A stretch of 24,420 nt of DNA from a virus (lineage: Duplodnaviria; Caudoviricetes), in IMG/VR virus record IMGVR_UViG_3300017766_001905, positions 1-24,420 of that record. The stretch is one strand, 5' to 3'. A model generated the notes under the pieces. It was not told where the DNA came from, made no database searches, and saw only the letters and a program-made list of their open reading frames with translations. The position numbers and the translations under genes are program-made. Shown here one piece after another: positions 1-7,592 of the stretch (position 1 is the stretch's first letter; every line of letters begins with the position of its first letter).

Positions 1-992
1 CTGATGGTTCGCCATATATTCTCTTTAAAATATACGAAACAGTAACTGGATCAGTTCAAGTAAGTGATGCAACAACGCAATCAATCCGAACTGGCGCTCA
101 AAGCCTGGGAGCTGCTACAGCCGCCATTACTGCTGCAATTCCTGCAGGAGAAGAACTAGCTGCAACTGCGATAGGTGCAGCAGCTGGTGGAGTCGTTGGT
201 GGTGTTGTTGGATTGGCGGCAACAACTGGACCTGGTCAAAATACGATTATTTCGGCTGGACAGGCATTATTTGGCACTGATGTTAATATCATTTCTAGAT
301 CAAAAGAACTTGTAAAGAGTTTTGCACTAAAACGTAACATTGAACAACTTCAACTGGGAATTGCTCTGTTTATGCCAGATGGAATCAACACCAGTTACGA
401 CAATGAGTATGAGGCTCTATCGTTAACAGCTACTCTCGGCGCAGTTGGTTTCGGCGCGCAGGCACTAGCCTCAAAGGGTGGTTCTGTTGATCAAACTAAT
501 GCATTTATTGCAGAAGCTGCAGGAAGCATTCTAAGTAGAATTGCTGGCAATGAAGATTTAACAAAGTTGGGAGTTTTTGCCACAACGGGTCGAGTTATTA
601 ATCCGCAACTAGAAATGCTTTATACATCTCCAGTTCTTCGTAAATTCACCTTCGACTTCAGAATGATCCCAAGAAATGCAGTAGAAGCTGAGTTGATACG
701 AGCCATTATATTCCATTTAAAATATTTCGCATCTCCAACTATTCCAGATAATTCAACAGGTCGATACTTCATTCCTCCTGCCCAATTTGAAATCGAATTT
801 TATGACGGTCGAAATAATATGAACGATTTCTTATTTAAGACTAAAAAGTGTGTTTTATCTGGAATCAATGTTGATTATTCCCCAAACGGGTTTGCAACAT
901 TTAAAGATGGTGCACCAGTTGAAACGCGACTTCAACTAACATTCCAAGAAACAGTTATTATCGACAGAGCAGCTGTTGCTGGAGGCTTCTGA
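1..992 (+). CDS. gp48: Baseplate tail-tube cap/initiator, T4 gp48-like (gp48/gp54 family); 5' truncated
   Basis: The frame is open from position 3 (DGSPYILFKIYET...), so the TTG at 213 is not the true start. Motifs IALFMP..I..SYDNEY, NPQLEMLY..P.LRKFTFDFRMIPRN..EA..I..II..LK and KCVL..INVDYSPNG..TF.DGAPV...LQLTFQE are typical of gp48/gp19-fold proteins. It lies directly upstream of gp53. Confidence 0.75.
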   Translation, partial: DGSPYILFKIYETVTGSVQVSDATTQSIRTGAQSLGAATAAITAAIPAGEELAATAIGAAAGGVVGGVVGLAATTGPGQNTIISAGQALFGTDVNIISRSKELVKSFALKRNIEQLQLGIALFMPDGINTSYDNEYEALSLTATLGAVGFGAQALASKGGSVDQTNAFIAEAAGSILSRIAGNEDLTKLGVFATTGRVINPQLEMLYTSPVLRKFTFDFRMIPRNAVEAELIRAIIFHLKYFASPTIPDNSTGRYFIPPAQFEIEFYDGRNNMNDFLFKTKKCVLSGINVDYSPNGFATFKDGAPVETRLQLTFQETVIIDRAAVAGGF

Positions 993-1672
993 TGTTTTTT
1001 AGAGAGTTTCCAAAAACTTTATATTCGTTTGATTTTAAGAATGATAGTCCAACTGTCATTGCAAATATCTTCTCGCGATTTAAAATCCGCAGTAATGTTC
1101 TAAACAATACAGTGGCGTTTTATAAGTATCAATTGCAAGAAGGTGATACGCCTGAAATTGTAGCGTACCAACAGTATGGTGATGCTTCCTATCATTGGGT
1201 CATCTGTATGGTTAATGATTTAATCGATCCGCATTTTGATTTTCCTCTAACGACAGATGCATTGGAAAGAAAAATCATCAAGCAATATGGGTATTCAACT
1301 ATCGCAAATGCATATTCTGAAATCCATCATTATGAATTAGAGCAAGAAAAAACATATTCAGAAGTGAATGGTCTAACGAAGACTACAACTGAAAATCATA
1401 TCGTAACGCTAAATCAATATGATTATACTTCAAATACTTTGATTTTAAATAATGTAAATACTCCAACCACTGAGGTATATACATTTAGATCCAATAATGC
1501 AGATCCAAATACAGCAGTGACTTCGACGTTAACAATTAAGTCATCATATAAAGCTGTTTATGTTTATAATTATGAGACTGAAGTAAATGATAACAAACGT
1601 CAAATTAAATTGCTCAAACAATCGTATATCCAACCATTAATTAATGAACTCGGAACAGTATTGAATGGCTGA
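992..1672 (+). CDS. gp53: Baseplate wedge subunit gp53 (LysM-like)
   Basis: MFFREFPK start, Y.LQEGDTPEIVAY..YGD..YHWVI.MVN...DP.FDFPL, IHHYE and YNYE..VND.KRQIKLLK motifs; TGATG overlap with the upstream gene. Confidence 0.9.
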   Translation: MFFREFPKTLYSFDFKNDSPTVIANIFSRFKIRSNVLNNTVAFYKYQLQEGDTPEIVAYQQYGDASYHWVICMVNDLIDPHFDFPLTTDALERKIIKQYGYSTIANAYSEIHHYELEQEKTYSEVNGLTKTTTENHIVTLNQYDYTSNTLILNNVNTPTTEVYTFRSNNADPNTAVTSTLTIKSSYKAVYVYNYETEVNDNKRQIKLLKQSYIQPLINELGTVLNG

Positions 1673-3023
1673 TATTAATAATAATACATCCACTAAAGAT
1701 GTTTTAATTCATGAACTGAGTATTATCAATTCTCTTGGTGAGATAAAAGATATTACAAGTTTGTTCAATGTGATCAATATCTACGAAGATGTGTTTATGC
1801 CTGTTGTGAGCGGATCGATTCAATTAATCGATGGCGTTGATTTGTTTTCAAGTATGGGACTGCACGGTAATGAGTATCTTTATATCTCATTTAGTCGTCC
1901 AGGAGAAAGCGCATCTAATCAACGATACAAAAGAACTTTTCGAATTTATAAAGCAACAGAACGAAAACCAGCGGGTCGATCACAGGCTCAATCGTATGTA
2001 CTCCACTTTTGTTCAGAAGAATTGGTTTTCTCGAATCAATTAACATTGTCTAGAAAATTACGTGGAAAAAATGCTCGAGATCACGCTGCTAACATTTGTG
2101 TGAATGATCTTAAAGTTAATAAAAAGAAATTGAGTTCGGAGAATTTTGAAAATTCGTTTGGCTCAACCGACTTTATGCTCACTCGGTATAAACCATTAGA
2201 AGCATTAGAATATCTTGCATCTCAATCTTATAACGAAAACAGCTCAACGTTTGTGTTCTTTGAAAACAGAGATGGATTTAATTTCATATCTTTAGAAGGT
2301 CTCTTCAAGAGAGAAGTCATCGCAAAGATAAATTTTAACACTGCCAAACTAACTCAAGATCAATTAACTGCAGCATCTTTAAATGCAAATGATGTTAATG
2401 ATTTTCGATTTAACTCGAGTTTTGATGTTCTATCGAATACAAAAAATTCTGCATACACTGGACGCTTATTCACACTTGATTTGATTACGCAAAAATATGT
2501 AAGAAATGATTATTCTCTAGTGAATGCATCTAATAGACAAATTATGATGGACGGATTCTTTCCATTAAATAATGCAAAGAATAGAAATGAAAAAACCATT
2601 TATGAAGAATATGACACTCAAATAGATTACTGGCTAACTAATAAAGGTCAGACAAATAATCCATATTTCATTTCAAAGGGATTTAAGATTGTAGAAACAG
2701 GTATTGAGAAAACACTGATGCAACGAAGAATTCAGATTAATCTTCTTCGCAGCACAGAACTCAATTGTATTGTTCCAGGCAATCCATTTTATTCCGCAGG
2801 ATATCTTGTTGAGTTTGATATGCCAGCATTTATTCCAAATAACGAAAGCGAAAGAAATATTGACCCATATCATTCAGGCAAATATCTAATTACGGGTGTG
2901 CGACACACAATCACTCCTTCTGACGGTCTTCAAACAGTACTAACATTATGTAAGAATTCTATTGCTGCGCCATTTGATTTGGCAACAGATAGAGAAGAAT
3001 TTAGAAAAGCGAGAAGTTTCTAA
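1665..3023 (+). CDS. Baseplate hub protein, gp27-like
   Basis: Located between gp53 and gp5. INIYEDVF.P.VSGSI.L.D, Y.LHF.SEE, FVFFENRDGFNF.SL and C-terminal VPGN....AG..V.F...D.Y.SGKYLIT.VRH motifs match gp27/gpD-type hub proteins. Confidence 0.75.
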   Translation: MADINNNTSTKDVLIHELSIINSLGEIKDITSLFNVINIYEDVFMPVVSGSIQLIDGVDLFSSMGLHGNEYLYISFSRPGESASNQRYKRTFRIYKATERKPAGRSQAQSYVLHFCSEELVFSNQLTLSRKLRGKNARDHAANICVNDLKVNKKKLSSENFENSFGSTDFMLTRYKPLEALEYLASQSYNENSSTFVFFENRDGFNFISLEGLFKREVIAKINFNTAKLTQDQLTAASLNANDVNDFRFNSSFDVLSNTKNSAYTGRLFTLDLITQKYVRNDYSLVNASNRQIMMDGFFPLNNAKNRNEKTIYEEYDTQIDYWLTNKGQTNNPYFISKGFKIVETGIEKTLMQRRIQINLLRSTELNCIVPGNPFYSAGYLVEFDMPAFIPNNESERNIDPYHSGKYLITGVRHTITPSDGLQTVLTLCKNSIAAPFDLATDREEFRKARSF

Positions 3024-4357
3024 TGAATCAAAATTTTTTAGGATTAGGTGATTTTGTTTGGTGGTTTGGTATTGTGGAAAATCGAATAGATCCACTTGAA
3101 CTTGGTCGTTGCCAGATCCGTTGTTTTGGTTGGCATACTAATGATGTTAACCAAATTCCAATTTCTGAACTTCCATGGGCGCATCCTGTCGTTCCATATG
3201 GTGTGAAGGCTGTTCAGCCACCAACTGAAGGAACAATGGTATTTGGATTTTTTGCTGATGGGAAAGCGGGTCAATATCCAATTATTCTTGGAACTGTTCC
3301 AGGTATTCCTGAAGAACTTTTAGATAGAGATCTCGGATTTACCGATCCAATGAGCGTTGCTTCAAAACGCAATGCTGCTATGCCTCGTAAATTGAATACT
3401 GGAACAACTAAACTTGGTAAAGACACAAAAGGTATTCGAATTGAAGACGAAGATCCATCAAGATATCCAAAATATTTAAATGAACCAACAACATCACGAC
3501 TCTCAAGACCAGTTCGTGGTGAAAAGGATGGTAAATTTGATGGTGTGACAAATGAATCTATTGCCAATACAACGATAGACATACAGAGAAAAACAAGAGT
3601 TGTTAATATCCCTACTATCGTTGGATCATGGGATGAAGCCTACCCAACCTATGCAGCTAAATTTCCATACAACCATGCCACTGAAACTGAGTCTGGACAT
3701 GCTTTTGAACTTGATGACACTTATGGATATGAAAGAGTACAATTATCTCACAGAACTGGCACCACTTTAGAATTTGCGAACACAGGTTCAGTTAAATTGA
3801 AATCAATGTCTAGTCGTCAAGATATTACGATGGGCGATCAACGAACTTATGTTAATGGAAATAAATATGAAACGATTGACGGAGACTTTTATCTCCAGGT
3901 CGGAGGTAAACTTCGTATTTCTGCGAAATCTATCGAAATTGTTTCAGGATCTGGTACTGTTATTTCTGCGCCGCAGGGTATATCAATAGCAGGTGGGCAA
4001 TCAGTCAGTGTTACTGGATTATCAGTTGGCATGTCAGGTTTAATGGCGTCAGTTTCTGGTCTGAAGACAGATGTTAGTGGCAACATGGCTTTAAGGGTGT
4101 CTGGTGGCGTTGTTTCTGCTAAAGGTGTAACTGCAATTTCTATTGATGCACCATTCGTTAATACTGGCGGATTTAATAACCGACAAGGAATAGAAAGTAT
4201 TAATTCTTGTATTCCTAATCCAGTCCCAGAAATTCCACCAAATCCAGAAATACCATTACCAGGACTCGGACAACCAATTTCGTTTGCTGATGCTACAAGT
4301 GCAGGTCAAGCTGCGGCTGATGCATTTGCAGCATCTCAATCGATTAGTGGGATTTAA
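3023..4357 (+). CDS. gp5: Baseplate central spike gp5 (OB-fold plus beta-helix, no lysozyme domain)
   Basis: WWFGIVENRIDPLELGRCQIRCFGWH..LPWA..GTMVFGFFADG..Q.PIILG (Gp5 OB fold); FPYNHATETESGHAFELDDT..ERV...HRTGT motif; C-terminal short-period V/I-x-G beta-helix repeats. Confidence 0.92.
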   Translation: MNQNFLGLGDFVWWFGIVENRIDPLELGRCQIRCFGWHTNDVNQIPISELPWAHPVVPYGVKAVQPPTEGTMVFGFFADGKAGQYPIILGTVPGIPEELLDRDLGFTDPMSVASKRNAAMPRKLNTGTTKLGKDTKGIRIEDEDPSRYPKYLNEPTTSRLSRPVRGEKDGKFDGVTNESIANTTIDIQRKTRVVNIPTIVGSWDEAYPTYAAKFPYNHATETESGHAFELDDTYGYERVQLSHRTGTTLEFANTGSVKLKSMSSRQDITMGDQRTYVNGNKYETIDGDFYLQVGGKLRISAKSIEIVSGSGTVISAPQGISIAGGQSVSVTGLSVGMSGLMASVSGLKTDVSGNMALRVSGGVVSAKGVTAISIDAPFVNTGGFNNRQGIESINSCIPNPVPEIPPNPEIPLPGLGQPISFADATSAGQAAADAFAASQSISGI

Positions 4358-4888
4358 ATGGGATCAGGAATAGAAATTTTACGCCGTCAGCAACGAGTAA
4401 AGGCAGAATTATCTGGCGAGAACTTTGCGGCGAATGGTGTGTATAATCTTGGCGATGAAATAGCGCCTTATGTGCCTTCTGTTGCACCATTTGCTCCAGG
4501 AGATGCATTCTCACCAAAGGTGCAACAAGAAACTGAACAACAAACTACTTTTCGTATTTTGCAAGGTGAGGACAATTCTCAATATTTACCAATAACGACT
4601 GGGGCTAATTCTATAGTCACATTTGAAAATGGAAGACCTAATGTTTCAATTAGTTTTCCAACAGAATCCTACACTGATATTGCAAATAATATTATCCAAG
4701 CAATTCTCAATGGAGAACAGCCTAAATTGCCACCAAATATTAGAACTTTTAGTTCAGTAGTTCCACCCAGAGATTCTAGCGCGGATAGAGGAGCAGCCGC
4801 AAATATCGCTTCACCATTGAGTAATGCAACTCCTAATACCACCACTACAACAACCGAAAAGACTCAAATTAGGCTTAATGGATTCTAA
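4358..4888 (+). CDS. Hypothetical protein (176 aa), probably hub/spike associated
   Basis: ATG immediately follows the gp5 TAA. Pro/Thr-rich with a TTTTTT run; no family recognised. Confidence 0.65.
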   Translation: MGSGIEILRRQQRVKAELSGENFAANGVYNLGDEIAPYVPSVAPFAPGDAFSPKVQQETEQQTTFRILQGEDNSQYLPITTGANSIVTFENGRPNVSISFPTESYTDIANNIIQAILNGEQPKLPPNIRTFSSVVPPRDSSADRGAAANIASPLSNATPNTTTTTTEKTQIRLNGF

Positions 4889-4893
4889 TAAAT

Positions 4894-5136
4894 ATGTGTA
4901 TGGAAATTAATGCATTACACACTCTTCAAATGCTTGAAGATAAAATGGTAAAATTGATACCTCTTTCTGAAGAAGATAAAATCTTTTTGATCAGAAATAA
5001 TATGCAAGAAAGAATAGAAGCCCATAAAACATATCTTGGCGCAATGCAAAAAGCAAAAGATACTGAAGAACACTATAGAAAAGTTTATGGTAATGACATC
5101 ATAGACAAATTGATTAGAGGTATGCCGCTTTCATAA
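4894..5136 (+). CDS. Hypothetical small helical, charged protein (80 aa; alternative start 4900)
   Basis: Fills the gap in the operon on the same strand; charged and Met-rich; no recognised motif. Confidence 0.6.
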   Translation: MCMEINALHTLQMLEDKMVKLIPLSEEDKIFLIRNNMQERIEAHKTYLGAMQKAKDTEEHYRKVYGNDIIDKLIRGMPLS

Positions 5137-7175
5137 GTTTAAGTAAAATCATCAAAATCATCCTCTGTCTCATCGGAGGATTACCATTACTGCAGACATT
5201 AGCCTTGATGTTTTCCTGCGTTCCCATTCCATTTGTCAAAAATGGTGGATTGAATTTCGCATCAACTAAATTTGGTAAATTTCTTATTGACATGAAGAAA
5301 TGGTTTGATTCGAGAGCCGACATTGTTTCCAATTTTTTCAAACAATATTTTAGAAATCCACTTGTTGATGCATTTACAGAATTTAAGAACACTGTCCTTG
5401 ATCCTCTAGATAAAGCACTAGCATCACCATTTGAATCTCTTAATAATGAAATTGATGGCTATATTGGTAATGATTATGCAGGATTAAAATCAACATTCCC
5501 ATACCTCGCAGGTAATGGAGTTGGTAGTATTCAAGCAACATTTGATGCACTAGAAACATCTCTTGGAGCTGCGCAAAACTTTGCTGATAACTATCAAATT
5601 GGTCCATTTACTCTCGGTAGATTGGCAACAATTGCGCAAAATTCATCACTTCAAGCGAGTTTGCAAAATTTTAGAGACCATACTGACGCACTCTCTGGCG
5701 TAAAGTCTACTATGGCTTATGAATTGGTTCCTTTATATGGTAATGTTGTTTCTGTTGGTGCTTCTGTAAGCATTGCGTCTAGCAATGTTGTAACGCCAAA
5801 TTTATACGCGACGGCATATCCTAAAGTTGATTATGGCGATACAATTATCATTGACTCACAAACTAAGATCGTAACAGAAAAGGTATTTACTGCCCATGCT
5901 TCTGGCACAGTCTCTGTTGATGTTTCTACCAATAATGTGAAGGTAATAACTGCAAGCACAGGAACGCTGAATCTGTTAAATTGTTTACTGTCGGTATCGG
6001 GAACAATTAATCTCAATTCAAGTATGTTCATCACTGTAAACAATGTTATTAGACGAATTGAATCAATTAACTCCGCTGGAGATTATCTAACAGTAGATGT
6101 TGCGTTCGATAATTCTGTGACTGGAGCGCAATTATTTAAAGAAACATCATTTATCGTAAACAGCGCATTCACCACAACGACAACAAATCAAACAGTTTAT
6201 GTTAAATCTGCGTTTATTGCAAATTCAGAGTGCTTGGATGATACAATCACTGGCAACGGAACTTCGTGGCTAACTCAACTGGAAGTTGGGGATAAGATTA
6301 TCTACGATACTAGAGAATTCTTCGTTGAAGAATTGACAGATACGACCATAAAGGTTGATGATACTCTCAGATTAACCAAGAATTTCGCAGTCTACAAAGT
6401 TAATAATGAAATTGAAGTGTCAGGATTTAGTGAAGATATCGATCCAGACGAAATCATTAATGGCTTTACGATGATTGAAACAATGACTGGTGATCCTAAC
6501 TTCATGAAGGGGGTCACATCTAAAGTCCGACTTGCGAATGGAAAATACACCTCTGTTGCAACAGAAAATCCTACCGATGCTGCGCAAGCACTCTTTAAGA
6601 AAGAGTTATTGCAAGATGCTAAAGATGCATTAAAGCGAATGAAGTATGAACTTAACGATGCTAAACTTCGCGGATTAAGCGAGGCGCAGGTAACAACTGC
6701 AGTTAATGGAGCTATTTCTAGATTCTTAAATGTTAGAAATGATCTTGAAGCAGTCATCGCGCGAGATAAACAAATTATTAAAAACGTTAAGAACTTCGTT
6801 AACGCATTAGGCAAACTCTTCTCATTGTCTTGCGGTAAGAAGAAACGAAACAAGGGTGACACATCTTCTGATGATTATCTAAATGTCATTATTGTGCCAT
6901 ATGCTCCAGAAGATGGATGTGATGCCACAACAGGAAATTTTATCGATACTCTAGATGACTTCGACGGTGAGTTTAACCAAGATTCAGTGACTTCACCAGT
7001 TGTTGATTCAAATACTGCAATTGCCGCAACTGATGCGTTTAATGGCTCTGATACTATAATTGGTCTACCAGGTCAGTTCAACGGTCCAGATACTGGAACA
7101 GAAAGTAATGTTGATATCGATGATCGTGATCCAGATGTCAATGTTCCAGAAGATCCATGCGCTAAACCTTGCTAA
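5133..7175 (+). CDS. Large hypothetical virion protein with a hydrophobic N-terminus, three beta modules and an acidic C-terminus; start uncertain (5133, 5190, 5205 or 5208)
   Basis: The frame is open from 5118. It contains ITGNGTSWLTQLEVGDKIIY-type tail-protein modules, helical regions and an Asp-rich tail ending DPCAKPC. Confidence 0.75.
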   Translation: MSLSKIIKIILCLIGGLPLLQTLALMFSCVPIPFVKNGGLNFASTKFGKFLIDMKKWFDSRADIVSNFFKQYFRNPLVDAFTEFKNTVLDPLDKALASPFESLNNEIDGYIGNDYAGLKSTFPYLAGNGVGSIQATFDALETSLGAAQNFADNYQIGPFTLGRLATIAQNSSLQASLQNFRDHTDALSGVKSTMAYELVPLYGNVVSVGASVSIASSNVVTPNLYATAYPKVDYGDTIIIDSQTKIVTEKVFTAHASGTVSVDVSTNNVKVITASTGTLNLLNCLLSVSGTINLNSSMFITVNNVIRRIESINSAGDYLTVDVAFDNSVTGAQLFKETSFIVNSAFTTTTTNQTVYVKSAFIANSECLDDTITGNGTSWLTQLEVGDKIIYDTREFFVEELTDTTIKVDDTLRLTKNFAVYKVNNEIEVSGFSEDIDPDEIINGFTMIETMTGDPNFMKGVTSKVRLANGKYTSVATENPTDAAQALFKKELLQDAKDALKRMKYELNDAKLRGLSEAQVTTAVNGAISRFLNVRNDLEAVIARDKQIIKNVKNFVNALGKLFSLSCGKKKRNKGDTSSDDYLNVIIVPYAPEDGCDATTGNFIDTLDDFDGEFNQDSVTSPVVDSNTAIAATDAFNGSDTIIGLPGQFNGPDTGTESNVDIDDRDPDVNVPEDPCAKPC

Positions 7176-7178
7176 ATA
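7171..7178 (+). promoter_or_regulatory. Candidate late promoter variant GCTAAATA
   Basis: TAAATA core at the stop of the upstream gene, about 20 nt before gp25, at one of the few intergenic gaps. Confidence 0.4.
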
Positions 7179-7199
7179 TAAAAAACTGATAGGTTGTAG

Positions 7200-7592
7200 A
7201 TGTCTCTAGAAGTACGCACATATAAAGATTTAGATTTAAATTTTACTGCACACCCAGTTACGAAAGATGTTGTTAAAAGAACTGGAAATGCGGCAATAAT
7301 CGGTGCACTTCGCAATTTGATATTGACAAATTTGTATGAGAAGCCATTTCAACCAACGTTTGGATCTAGGATTCGCAACTTATTATTCGAAGATATTTCG
7401 TTTATCACCGCAAATATGCTTCAATCCGAGATTCAATCGGTTATACAAAACTTCGAACCGCGTGTTTCTGTTGATGCTATTAGAGTAGAGGCTCAACCAG
7501 AAGAAAATCGTTATGCTGTGACACTCAGATTTTACATTAATAATCTACAAAATCCAGTAACAATAAATCTATTCCTCGAGAAGGTCCGCTAA
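7200..7592 (+). CDS. gp25: Baseplate wedge subunit gp25 (sheath polymerisation initiator)
   Basis: YKDLDLNFTAHPVTKDV, AI..ALRNLILTN.YEKPFQP.FGS.I..LLFE and I.NFEPRV motifs. Confidence 0.95.
   Translation: MSLEVRTYKDLDLNFTAHPVTKDVVKRTGNAAIIGALRNLILTNLYEKPFQPTFGSRIRNLLFEDISFITANMLQSEIQSVIQNFEPRVSVDAIRVEAQPEENRYAVTLRFYINNLQNPVTINLFLEKVR

Noticed and set aside
3860-3867. AATAAATA inside gp5 as a late promoter
   Set aside because: It is about 490 nt from the next start and plausible by chance in AT-rich coding sequence.
5094-5117. TAG reassignment to extend the 656-aa gene upstream
   Set aside because: Reading through the TAG at 5115 meets a TGA at 5094 within a few codons, and all long genes are intact under the standard code. 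None of the main genes ends in TAG, but that is common in AT-rich phages.
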